A DNA stretch of 60,894 bases, counting the filler, from Sphacelaria rigidula (Eukaryota): assembly GCA_964200075.2 (NCBI GenBank). It is 3 parts of 3 records of this genome, joined end to end, with 100 filler letters (N's around TTAATTAATTAA, not from the genome) between each part and the next. Parts side by side here need not be neighbours in the genome. Positions count along the whole stretch, not along the records: positions 1 to 20,247 come from CAXNAA020000555.1; 2 more parts are not named here. One strand, written 5' to 3'. The notes beneath the pieces were generated by a model that ran no database searches, had not been told where the DNA came from, and saw nothing but the letters and a program-made list of their open reading frames with translations. This document shows positions 1 to 13,500 of this stretch, one piece after another (position 1 is the first letter of the stretch; every line of letters starts with the position of its first letter). A program made the position numbers and the translations under genes.

Positions 1-238
1 ATTTAGAACGTTTTTTAGGAGGGCACTTGCGAAACGGTGGGGTGATACGGTAACCCCCCCCCTTTTCAAACCGAAGTTCCCCCCCCCCCCCCCCCCGTCA
101 TGCCCATACGCGACGTCAATGATTTGATGTGCAACCATATTCAAGCTTCTGTCTCACACAACTACGGGTTTCCCGCTCCACCCAGTAGCCTACTGCGTCA
201 GTTCACAATCTGTGTCACTCTTGCTGTATGTCGCTCAC

Positions 239-3200
239 AAGTTAGTCAGGGCCGTCAGTCCGTCGAACACCCCTACAGGTAAGGTGGTGAGGAGGTCGTT
301 GAAGCTCATCCACCTGATGAGAATCGAAGCGATGGCCGCAGAGAGAAAACAACGGATCGAGATTTGCAAGGAACGAGGGACGGGTCGAATCAGCGTGTGG
401 CTGCGGGGAATGGCACATCACGATTTGAACTCTAGCTAGCTGTTGGCTCTACAAGCTCGCGTCCGCTACATGTGGCAGTCATAATCGTGAACACCCATGG
501 GTGAAAGGTGCGTGGCTGTACGACAGAAGGGAAATAACGTTCATTATAATACGCACTACTGAGTAATAACTCCTTCCTGTATCTGGACACGGCATGCCGG
601 GCCAGTGCACACGCGAGTGGGGAGACTGGCAACATCGTGCAACCGCCACCTGGGATATCATATGCACGTGGGATATCACACTCATGTGGGATATTATATC
701 CATCTGAAACATCCTCCATTGATATGGGTGTTCGCCTGAGATATCCAACTCGTATGTCCCTCTAGGGCATGGCATCCATCTGAAACCTCCACCTGAGATA
801 TCCATATCCCAGATGGCGGCTTCACGATAATGCGAATGAGGGCGCAAGATGTCGTATGTGTTGGTCTCTGCCGATGATCATCCGATGCATCTACGGTAGA
901 AATGCGCACGCATATATTGGTGGACTGCGAGCTGGATTGCTCCTTTCGCGTATCGCTCCAGGGCATCGCTTTCCTCCAAATCTACCCGAAATGGCACTCT
1001 GTAACTGTTTTTTGTTCTCACCAGCGTGTTTCATCAGCAGCATCTTGGAGAATATCCGAGGTGGCGAGGCGAAAACACCACAATATTTTGTGCAGTAATT
1101 TGCTTGAGTGATTGATTGCTCGTCGTACTTTAACTGAACAGTAAGCATCACTACAAATACCAGCACCCAAGCTCCATGCTACCTGAGACCTGAAGCAACG
1201 GCCGTTGCCTCGAGACCAAACGCAGTATTTTCAAACAGGCGGAGGCCAACACGTTATTCCTGGTATCACACTCAGGTGACAACCCAGAAATAATTGTCGA
1301 ATCTCTTCATTTTGCACACTAGAAAAAGCGCGCACGTGTACTGGATGGACGATTATCTTCAGTGCACAATCGTACATGATTCTGCTTATAGATATGGATC
1401 TACCAATGACCTGGCGCAGGTGCATGGAGCGGCACATCCCTCCACCCCCCACTCCCTGGCCTTGTATTTTTACTCAGTACATATATTCCACACCTTGGCC
1501 GGAACCACCATCAACATAAGCGCGCTGAATGCATTTGCAGCAGCTGAAGGGGCGACCTAACGCACGTAGACTTGATTCGTTAGGTGAGCTAATATCTTCC
1601 TACATCACTCCATTACGACGTGGAGCGGTCTCCAGCCAACTCCGAAATTCAGCCATCTCACTGCCTCATATTCACCACAGCAGTTAGACTATATCGACTC
1701 TGCCAAACCTCACCAATCCCTCAAAAACAGCGCGCATTTTTGCTTCAAGTCTGGCAGGATAATCTTGAGACATGACTACTGACACCCGCGCCCCTCTGCT
1801 CCTCCAGCAAAACGCCTTATTGGTTTGCTTCTCCGCCCATGTTCCTTGAAACCTGTCCCCTGCACGTGCCCTGTCTTGGGTATTGAGTTCATGGCACCAG
1901 TACTTGCCTTATAGTCTATTTGTTGCCAAGCATTGGAGCATGACTTTCACCACTCCCGCCGCCCGTCTCGTTTCATGTAAATTTATTTTTAATTGCCATC
2001 TCTTGCTCTTACGTGTACACACGCCGAAACCCGGAACAAAGCTCCTTCTGTAGGGATCCAAGGTCGCGGAGTCCGCCCAAAACAGTGTTGACATGCGAGC
2101 TCGACCAACGAGGCGCGGCAGTGTTTCATCAGTTGACTCCGTTAAATTAGACCCAGTTTGTGCGCAGCGCGCGACATAATTCCATGAGTCCATACAGACC
2201 TCACCCCCACCGAAACACTGGATATTTCTCCCATGATTGTACAAGGTTGTTGTATTGTACATTGATGTCGTCTCCGGCACCAAAAGTACGAGGAAACGTG
2301 GACAAGTGCGAGGTGGAAACGTGAGGCATTACAAACGAACTCACAAGACGTTGATGTTGTCTTTCCCGAAGGTTTCGAAGCACGGCTGGAAGAGAGGGCC
2401 ATCTGTGTCCACCAAATTGCAACCCGAAAGATCCCTGTAGGGTGGAGCACAGACGCGCAAATAGCGTGCAAGAGACGCACACAGGTAGCCAACGCGACAT
2501 TATGTCAGACGAGAACGTGCTTGCTCACGGAGCCCGTACTCCTTACAAACTGTCGTTCTGAACCATCAATCTCATTACAAAAATATTACGGCGACACTTT
2601 ATCTATAAATGCGTACTGAAAGAATCACACACGTCATCTTCTCTTTTTGACATTCCTCAGTGATATATTGCTCGGCGAAACGATTCTACTGGTGCTGTTG
2701 TAGTTACTGCCATAAAATTAGTGATGTATCTGACATCATTTCCCCTACCTCGGCTATCATTCTCACCGCTAGAAGCATGAAAATTACCGGTACCTCTCGC
2801 ACCCGAGTATGGAGCATGTTTATTGCTACCGCGGGTATATGATTATTTTTCATCATCGCCACAGTCCATCTCTGTCCCTGGATATTCACGTTGATCTAGT
2901 TTATTGACCACGGCTGGGAATCGCAGCACGTCAGTGCACGTTACGAGAGACAGCATAAAAATCAGCCGATCAACCGCTGAAAACATTGGATACGACCTAT
3001 CAAGCTGAAAGTACCGTGTCTCTGTTTAGGTCAACGGTATGAATCGTCCGTCCATTTAGGCGCTACTAGTCAATGCCACTTTCATTCTAGCGCTCGTCTC
3101 CTGTCATGTGCGTAGGCAGGGTAGTAGTGGTCAAGTTATACCCTAGGTACGTGTGGTGTTTGATGGCATAAAGAGGGGCAACATTGATCAAATGAAGGGC

Positions 3201-3563
3201 GGCAAGGTCGTCACGTCAACAGCGTTTGACCAATTTGCGCGCTAATGATGCTGCATTAGATTTCTTGCATCAACGACAAGTGCCGGAAACCACGACACCA
3301 TCCAACAGCTGCAAGAAAGCTATCGTACTACAGTTGGGGGAGTCACGACAACACTCCATCCACGAAAAATGATCGATCAAAATGCCAGCGACGTGGCGCG
3401 AGTCAAACGGTACTGTTCTGCGATATGCTGTTATGCCCCATGTCCATGAAACTGTCCATAGCACAGGTACGCACATCGCGAACTACTCACAGGGTCGTGC
3501 CGGATCCATCGAAGTTGCACCTGTAGTCCTCGTGGGAGCTATCCAAACAGGCATTCACATTTT
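239..3563 (-). CDS. LRR N-cap and leucine-rich repeat exons, continuing beyond the left edge
   Basis: 3491-3563 ENVNACLDSSHEDYRCNFDGSGTTL; 2345-2434 DLSGCNLVDTDGPLFQPCFETFGKDNINVL; 239-313 WMSFNDLLTTLPVGVFDGLTALTNL. The last matches the typical extracellular LRR consensus LxxNxLxxLPxGxFxGLxxL. All three have gtgag donors. Confidence 0.8.
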
Positions 3564-6500
3564 CTGAGGGACGGAAACACCGGGGACAAAGAAATGGACG
3601 AACAACAACCAGAACATTGTGTTATCCGACCCGATCCGATGCGACTCAATCCGATCTGGAGAACGTGGGTGTAACTGAAGAGTCAGTCGGCCAGCCACTG
3701 GCATCACGTTTACAGCCATCTCCTCGAGAGGATGCGTCGTTCTGCTCGCAACTGGTGCTGTCTATAGCGGACAGTTATATCCGTGTGTGAGGACGACACT
3801 CAAAATGGCACTCAAAATGGCACTCAAAATGGCAACGTTACAGCGCATTACTGAGAATAAACTGGCCCGTGCATGATTTGCTCAAAACGGTACGTCACTA
3901 CTCGGAATCCGCTGGCTACAGTAGTACCAGCGATGTTTCTCAAGTCAATGAAAAAAATCATCTCGCTCAACGGTTTTGGCTGAAAATGCACTGTGCCCTG
4001 TTGTGTAAGCGTGCATTTGTACATTGCCACCTCAGTTCAGCTGCCTATCAGTCGGGTCAAGATATTGTTCGTGGGAACCAATAGTACAAAGTACCGTGAT
4101 TACAGGGAGTAGGAGGGCGCTCGTGCATGGTGCGAGATTGGCCAGCAGCGTGTTTTGCCCAGAGTCCCCATCATTTTATCTTCAAATCGGCGACACGAGT
4201 CGATGGTCGAATGGTTGCACTGTTTTCATACGCTACCATTGCTCATCAACCCAACTCCTCCACTAAAACCTGTGGGGATGCACAGCAAGTTGCCCCGCAT
4301 CCGCGCGAACGTTATGATGACATTGCCTATGATATCCTGTACTCTTCATATACCACTACCAGCGGCGGTGGGGGTAGATATCGACGTAGTTGCGTCAGGT
4401 ACATGCAGTTGTAGCGTTGCAGGTCTCCTGTTAGTACCAGCAACATTCACGATTTTCCGTAAATTCTTGAAAATCGGAATGCATCGAACTCTTGACCCAT
4501 TCAGCGTCTAGAGCTATTTCACCGCATTTTGTAGAGTCGCGGGAATGCGTTATTCCCCACCAGTTCGAAACGCAACCTCACCAAAAACCCAGACTTCAGG
4601 GAAAATCCCCCGTGGTGTCGTGAACACTCATCTCGACTCCCATTGTCACAGGCGGTTGGTTGCCGCTCAAAATCGTTTCACCTACCAACGCAACCCCCCC
4701 CTTCAGCAGTAGCATCCTGGATACAGAATATGGCGGCGAACACGTCAATTACGGTGCAGATACAACCATCGATCACTGCCGGGTAAACCATCTCACCTGG
4801 TCCGCAGCACGTCGCGTCGCTGCATACTGGTGTGTATCCGCTCTCCTCGGGATAACAAAAGCCTCCCGTGGGAATCTCTCCGTCGGGACAACCCCAGAAT
4901 GAGCAGTGGGTTTCCGTGGTAGATACGACTGCACATACGATGACGTTCGCGCACACACATTTGGTGGGCTTTCACGCTACTGTATCGCACCTCCAAACCA
5001 TGTGCGATTTCCTCATGGAGGGTTTCGTGCGCATGCATACCCGTATCCTCGGCATGGGACACTAGACGTTCAGACATTTTTCTCAAGTTTTTCGAGTACC
5101 CGAGTAACCATCACGGCGACTTGCTTGTGTTTCAGGGCCGCTGTACCGTAACCCACACCCTCACGATTCACCATATACCCCACACACACATGGTTGGAGT
5201 GGTCTATCTTGCATCACGTACCAATACTCCTACGGACAGCCCACCTCAAGTTACAGGTCAAGGGGTAAACCGTGGCCGTTGAGTTGCCTCTGCCAATCTT
5301 TCCTATCGCTCGTGTGTTGCGATCGGATACCCGATTCGTAGTACACACCTGATCTTTCTAATAAATAAATAAAACGTGAAATAGCTAACCTTGACATCTG
5401 CTGGAGTCTTGCAATACCTAGGTCATCGTTATGTTACCCTTCCGTAATAGTCAGAGCAATGTTAAACGTTAGATTTGTGCAAAAACTGTGGCAAGCGCTG
5501 CTGCAAACACTGATACGGAACCTCTGCAGTGCTCGGGACGGGCATCAAGTAGCACGCCTGTGGCTGTGAGACCCCTGTTCGATTTGTTTTGGCGCCGTGT
5601 TCACTACAGGTGGCGACAGCACTCAAGAAATCACCCGTTAAGAAGTCGAGGCTCAGATTTTTCAAATTTTGAGAAATTCATGCCAAGAAATTTTGCTCAG
5701 ATCGGAGCGAAAATAAGGATAATAAATTGAAAGATGCAAGAGGCTCGGCGGATAATAAATCTGTCATCGACACTGCTGTCTTGGGAAAAAAGAAATTGGT
5801 CCCAGACCCATCAGCCCCTCGACGCAAGGATGCCCCCCCCCCCCTCTACCCCACTCAAGAAATTGGCCTTCGAAAAATTCATCATTGCACGTGTGCGGAA
5901 AGTAAGAATTTGGCTGTAAGAAACTATGCTTGGCTCGGCGAAAAGAATAAAACATGAGCTTCGCCTCGAATTAAAGTTTCTTGAGTACTGACGCCACCTG
6001 TATATCTGCAGACGAATACTTAACCGTCAGCACGTGCTCGTACTTCGGGCAGGTTTTCCGCCCCATGCATCCCGATCCCCGCGGACGTGTGGGGGGAAGG
6101 GTGTTCGACTCGCGTGGGTTCATCAACGCTAAATCCATGAACAAGCTAGTTTAGCCTTGGATGCGTAAGTGAACCAGTGACACAGTAAGTATCACAGAGT
6201 TCCCTCTGAGCCATCCCTGGGGTATGCTGATTTGTTATCTCATCTACTCCACGATGTAATCTCCCAAGCAAATTAGTTGTTTTCACCCCCTCCCCGCCCG
6301 TAAATCGCATACGTTTGCCGGGATAGGCAAGATTCGATACTGAACCGACTCACCGGTTGGTGCTGGTGTGGGCGGCAGGGTGCCCTCTGAAGACGATGAG
6401 AATCCAGTTACCAGTATTCAGCATGCCGCATTGTCCGTACACGCACAGTAGGGCAGTGGCGGCGGTGCGAGGTTGGCGAAAGAGCATTGTACGGTCAGAC

Positions 6501-9500
6501 GACACACTCAGCCGAGCAATCAGATGGTTGATTGAACTACATACTTGATGCTACAAAACGGGATTCCTCGATAATAATGTTGCATTGTTGTACTCATGAA
6601 GCGGAACAAAAGCACCGCAGCATGCAGTTTTCTCCAACTTTTTCATCCCGCTGCACGCCTCTTGAAGTAGCCCGGACGGTACCTCCAGTTTCGTTTATGA
6701 GGAAACACAAACCGGCTAGAGTGATTTGACGGAGGGAGCATTCGATTTTCGAGTGTCAGGTCATGTTTCTGTCCTATTTCATCACATGAAACCCCGATCC
6801 CTTCTCAGGGCAGATTTTTACTCTCAGGGGATCAACCCATTCCTCCTATTGTACTTGACTCACACCTTGCTATCGACCGCAGGATCACCACCCCCGCAGC
6901 CGGCCGAATTTCATCGGAATTTGATTTTGTTTCAGGTAACGTTTGGGTAATTTCGCGCGACGTAAACCGGGAGTAAAGGTCCATTATCATCGACACCGTT
7001 TTTTCGGAGATCTCTGAAATTTAGGCGTTTTCAGACCCAGCGCTTAACAATCTCCATCTCACAGAGAGGTTGCGAGAAAAACATTACCGTAGTTTTGAAC
7101 GCCATACACGGGTAGGCAGCATCATCCTGTCCTTCGTTTTGCCGGCGAAGGCGAGCAAACGACGAGATCAGCACGACGTCCGTAATGAGATATCTAACAG
7201 CAACAGTAGATCTCGATGATGATGGGCTCTTGGGAGCTCTCCTAAATTTGAGAACTTGTCTTGAAAAACATAGTATCTCTAATAATCGGCTGAAAATGCT
7301 CCACTGTCGGAGTCACACCTACAGAATCCTTCCGAAGTAGCACTGGCTGCTGGTACACCATCTTGACCACCGAAGTTGGCGTCAATTTTGTGATCAAGAC
7401 AAGCTAGGGCCATACATAGAGTCGGAGTTGGGCTAAGCAATACTCACCACTCTCGGATTGTCGGTAAACACTGATCGCGTTGCGTCCACCGCACTTCTCG
7501 ACCGGAGCACCAGGGCACTGGAAGGTGCACCCGTCAGACGGACCTAGCTCATCAGGCTCATCGCTGGCGGATCCGCAGTAGCACTGCAAAAGCACAAGCA
7601 GACACAATACGCAGTAAGTCCGACTACAGCCAAGATGTAGGAAGCAAGCGTCGGAACACACGTATTTCCGTTCACCCCCTTCGGTAGGCGGTGGCAAGTG
7701 TGCGAAACGGCGGCGACAGAGTGCCGGCGGCGGGAAGGAGTTGAAACTGCCCAGGAAGCTTATGACCACAGCGGCACAGCTATAGGCGTATGCCCCAAGC
7801 CGCCGACTACGTTTCGATGGCAGGAAAGATCAAATGAAATAGGCGTGCATGTCTGAGACCGTGTCACTCTTGACTTGTCCCCATAGATCATAGCACGAGG
7901 CATGCCAAACAAGCTAATAGTGTCGACTTGCCTAGAGCAAATGCGCTGTAGTCAGAGCCTCACCACAAATTACGCACTGCCGCACACTCATACCCGCTTA
8001 TGGTCAATAATCCAAAACGGGGATATGTAGGCGGATGTGGCACGCGGTACACGGTGGCTGCGAAAAATGCGAATCAGAAACGAAATAGTCGCACCCACCT
8101 CCTTGCCAAACTCAGTCCCGAACAGAGGATAGCCAGCGCAAAGCTCCGCACAAATCTGCCATCAGAGCATCAACGAAATACGCAGTACAGACATCATCGC
8201 GGATGAGAATGTTCCGGGTCGATCAGTGGAGACATCATCAGGAGCGATACCACCGATGAGGGATCTTTGGTATCCTCGAGACACCAGTAAGCTACTGGGG
8301 AAGGAAAATATATGTGGACATTTGTTTACGTGGTAATATCCTGCTGTTAAGATCCCGGTGTTCAACCTCGTCGAGCAAACCAGTAGCAAGAAAACAAGTG
8401 CCCCCACAGATAGTAAGGCGTGAGGACGATACGTAATCTGCTTGCGCTCAGCATTTGTTATGCACCCTAGGGCATTGTTGGCTGATTCAAACATGTAGAC
8501 TACTCTTACCACCAAACCAACCAAACACTAACATTATGTTTCGGTGCGCCTCGGTTTTGAAGCCCCCCGCGAATTAAGACGGGGACCTACACTGCGAACG
8601 CACACGTGCGTTACGACAAGTAAAGCCAAACACACGCCGTTAATGTGAGACAAACACATCCCGCCGTATTACCGAACACGTGGACCATAAGGTACCCCTT
8701 CGCCGTCGAAGGTTTCTCATTTTTCCGAGCGAAATCCAAGGTTTCTCGCGCTTTACAGTGTTCTGTTCTCACATCCGTGGTCATGGCGTCATCCCGGAAG
8801 TCTGCCGCGGTCAGCACGCGGTCACGAGTGCTGTCGATGTAGCAGCCGTCAACGGTGTAGTCGGCGAACCTGTACACGTTGATGGCATTACGCCCGCCAC
8901 AAATCTCTTCAGAGTCTCCAACACAAGGTACCGTGCAAGCACCAGACTCACCCAGTCTCGCGGGATCATCGGACGAGGTGCCGCAGAAGCACTGTCGTGA
9001 ACGTTCAGGAGACAACGCGCGGAAACACAGAGGAGGGAATGTTTTGGGGCGGAGAGAGGGCTGAACATCTGTTTCTTATTCCACGCTTTTACCCTACCCC
9101 GTCCCCGCGACGAGTCCATATTCTCAAGGTACACAGTAATATTTTCTTCCCGTAGCCTGCGCTACTTTCTATTACCCACAATTCGACTAATACGCCCGTA
9201 ACGCGGGGATTTACATCCAATCATCTTCATCGACTCCCATTCTGACGCTTTCGGAGGACGAAAATGGGGGCCACTCTACGATCAGGATTCGACCCCGTAA
9301 GAGGCCCTCAAAGTTTTTACATACGTCATTTTCACCATCGGGAAGCGGTCGTCATTCACGAATAAAAACCAAGCTCAAGGCTCCAAAGAGCGGTGGGCAG
9401 CTGAAAAACGCACCCGATGTTTACAAACATGTGGATGAGATAGATGCGGGAAAATATGCGTGAATCTCAACAGTCATTGACGATGCCAAACTTTAAAGGA

Positions 9501-10525
9501 AGTAAGAGGGTTCAGAAAAAAAAACGCAGCAGCGAGAACTGTCGCATCAGGAGGTAAGGTAAGCGCTGATAGGCAGGAGCAGATACGGGGCGGCGTAGGT
9601 GGAGGTAGGTAATCAAGAGATTGAAACGACTTCTGGGGGATCCGCATCATCACTCAAGTGCAAGGCGTCGAGGGTTTAGAGACTAGGCGGAGGGGTGGGG
9701 GTAGTTGATGGAGTGAAACGACCACCACCGTGATTGCGTTCTCAAAGTAGTGTGCACAGTGTGGAGATACAAAACACCGTCCCCATTTTAACATCAACGA
9801 GAGTCCAACAATCTGCGATCGATATCCGGTACGTACTGCAGAAATTTCGGCCACGGTCAGAGGCCGCCGTACTCCCAGGAAACAGCCGAAAACATAGCTG
9901 GGGGACGCACATTTGCCTTGATCCTCAATTGGTGACAAAATTTCATGCATGTTGAGGTCGATCTGTCTTCAGTACAGGTCTGTATTTCTACGGGTTGCAA
10001 TATGGAGGGAGATGCATGTCCTTCTCGAAAACAACACGTGAGCTCGTACGAAAGTGACGACACCGCGCACCACTGTCGTATCTAGTTCTAGTCTAACGAT
10101 ACCCTCAACGTGAGAGCACTATACGGGTACTGCATGAATTCCCCCTCCCTTGCTGCGGTCCATCGTCAGCTCATCCCTCGAATACTCGTCGACATCGCAC
10201 ACGACGCCTCACTGAGGTTACGGCCCTGGTCTAAGGAAGCGCGCAAGGAAACGGTTCAACCCGGTCAGCTCGCCTCGTTATTGTTGGACATGAAACCACT
10301 CACCTCTCGACCGAACTCAGTTCCGAAGTATGTCGACCCTTCACACAACGCTGCGCACACCTGCTCCGCCGAAGTCGGCCAAGTAGACACACGACAGTTT
10401 CACACAAGGAAGGACGGCCGCGCGCGGAAGAAAGCACACGCGTATTCAGTGAAGGGCCACGGCGGACCTGACTCCAACATATTTCTGGATGTTGGCGTTT
10501 ATAGTTCCGCTAGAACCGGACCCAT

Positions 10526-10556
<31 letters not shown>

Positions 10557-13500
10557 CGTCGCGACGGGGTGATGGAGGCACATGCTCGGGGATTCATTTA
10601 TCTTATGTCATGGGTTCGTACCAGGTACCGGGTGAGTGAAATTGGCACAACAGAAATACCTGTGCGTGCTGTTGCATCAATCACATGGCAAGTGCCGTGT
10701 ATTACACGAAGGGAACAGTAACACCCTGCAACAAAGACGGCATTCTCGTGATTTCTCCTGCCCCGTTTTTCCCTCTTCCTCATAATCAATTCGGCATTAT
10801 TACAGGTGATCCCGGGAACAAATCCAGGAACCCACAGATGGATACGAATCAAAAGCATCAACACCGCGATCTCTGATGACCTGAGAGGTTGGACATAAGG
10901 TGGGATAACGTGCACCAGCGGCGACCCTAGTTAAAATCTAGCACACCATCAAACACGACAAACGATATTCCCTGAAAAAAGCACGCCTTTAAGCACAAGC
11001 ACCATTAAATGCACAACATAAACGCCAGAATCTTTGGCCATATCGTGTTTCACCTCCGCTGTCATGTCCGGGGTATTTTTATGTTCCGACCCGGTCAAAA
11101 CTCGATCGCGACTGCTATCCCCCCAACACCCGAGGGCCACATAGCCGCCATTTGTCGTAGGGGGCATTGTGGGAGTAGGTGGGTCTGTAGGCGGCGGTGC
11201 GGTCGGAGAAAGGTCAAAGGTCGGAGAAGGAGTCGGTGCTGGTGTCATCTCGTCGACCACAGGCTGGTAGCTTGCAATGGTGTCCTGCGTTAGATTTACG
11301 AGATTGTAGAAGCGTTGGTGCAGATGGAAGATAGGAGGGCGGGTACGGTGGGGCACGACAGGAAGGGGAAGACGAAATAAACGTTCAAGCGGTATTTGTA
11401 AACAAGGATGATGTATTTCAATCGAAGTGAAAAACATCATCCGTGAACGCATACGAACTGCAGATCGACTCAAAACGATGGATATCGATACCCGAAATCT
11501 GCCAGCAGAGTACCACGGAGAATCTCGCTCAAGGCTGATGATGTCTTGGCGCCAACACAGTAAATCGCTTTGAGGGGAGAGGTGGGTGTCACATTGGGAA
11601 ATTTTTGACGGAGGATTAGGGGTACTTTCCATTTTTCCGGTGGAATGACAGGATGGCGGACGTTTCGGCACACGAATGCGGTACGTGTACTGCAGAACGG
11701 TTCTGACGCGCGCGCGCTCCCTGAAAACGGTACTATCTGTACCATACAGTTGTGCACCATCGCAGGAGAAGGCATGACAGAAATCGGAATATGTCAGCCG
11801 AATAGCATTGTGGACAACCGAGTTCGCGCGAGGAGCTGTGGAAAATAAGAAACAAAATGTATTGCCAAAAGCTGTCAGGATCCTCACTCTGTTACACGTT
11901 GTACGGGTGGTGTCTCGGTAAGTAATCGCATAGACGGAGAATTGGGAGATGACTCCTCGCCCTATCCGCTCGAGACAGACGGCAACATTTATGGTAACGT
12001 TGGCTCAATCGCTAGGAAGGCTTCAGCCACAAATAGTTGCGCACCTCCCGTGGGTCTCGTGCCACATCAATTCACTTTCGCCCTACTGTTCATGGCATCA
12101 TTATGCAAGGGCGCTATATCAACCCTACACGTACTGTACTGTTGTATCAGTTTCCTCTGAGTAGCCGCAATCCACTCTGAATCCCACGATCGAAAGAATG
12201 TGAAGTACTGCGGTAACTCACCATGTTCTCTCTGATGGTTCTGGCGCAATCAGCCGTTGCGGTGCCGGTGGGCTGCTCAGCGTAGAGGACGTCCGGATTG
12301 GAGTAGTGATTGATCCGCGGGGCCGAACGAAGGTCAGGGCAGCGCTGGCTCCTCAGTGTGCTGAACCTGAAGGTTTTATACGCGCACAACAAGTACATCA
12401 CATGGTTTGTATATGTTGTTGAGGAATGGTATTTGATTATTCCTCACTACTTTTTCGGGGGGACGCGCGGAAGTGGAGGGAGGGGGGGGGAGGGGGGGGG
12501 GGAGGTCGGACCCAGGACAGAGCTAAAAACAGTGATAGACAGTGCGTTTATTCATAAATGTAATAATTACGCGTGATTTTTTATTTTGTCTACATTACAA
12601 CGCCTGGACAAGGTTTGTGCCGCATAGGCCCCACAGATGTCAGCAACCGGTGTTCGCTTTTTTCTGCGCTGTAGTTGACTAAATTTAGTAACTTTTACGG
12701 GCAGATCGCTCGCTTTGACAAATAAAGGCGACCGTACAAAGGTAACCTGCATCGTCACTGAGGTTATGAACCTAGTCAAGTCAGCCCAGGGACCTCGTCG
12801 AACCAAGACTAGTTCTCCCTCCGCACCCCCCCCTCCCGTTCCACCTGAACGATGAAGCGATACAGTCATCTCCGCTGTTAGGCACTGTGATGAATCACAG
12901 TACAGTACACTTCACTCATCTTTGCAATGAGTTTTACTTGTTATCGTCAGCCCGTTTATACCAGGAGCCGTCGCATCTGAAATGTTCATGCTGAATGCAG
13001 CCAGACACTGCAGAGACAAAACGGTGTTGTGCACGACCTATAACGGCTCCACCACAGGGGAATTTCGGATCAGTGTGATACACGGAGACTGCTATGTGCT
13101 GCGATGTCTTAGACTCCTTCATTCCAGAACTGTTTTGAGGAAAAACCAATTCGATACATCACGGAACGTCATATGGTGAAAAACAGATACTGGCAAGTAC
13201 AGGGAAGAAAAAGCGATTGTTTGCACAGGCATGTGAGGAAATATTGCCACCGCAGAAGGGAGCTTTGAGCCTTGGATGGGTGAATGGCGTACTGGGTGAT
13301 TGGCTACTCGAAGAACAGGGAGTATGACAGGATACCACATTTACGACAGAGCACAACAAGTTCCGCATGTTTCAGATTTTTGAATTAGAGCATGCCATGC
13401 TCTATTTGAACGGGTGTTCTGCCAACGAATGGAAAACATGTTTTAAAAATTGGCGGAGAATACCTTATTGGTTTATTGATTGTCTGTCACACTTTAGCTG

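Noticed and set aside
3487-3490. Stop codon ending the gene after GTTL
   Set aside because: The TGA is part of a gtgagt donor, which any phase-2 gtga donor produces, and phase-2 LRR exons follow.
10949-11887. 312-aa single-exon ORF
   Set aside because: Only 11054-11284 is exon; the rest is intron read-through with no recognisable protein features.
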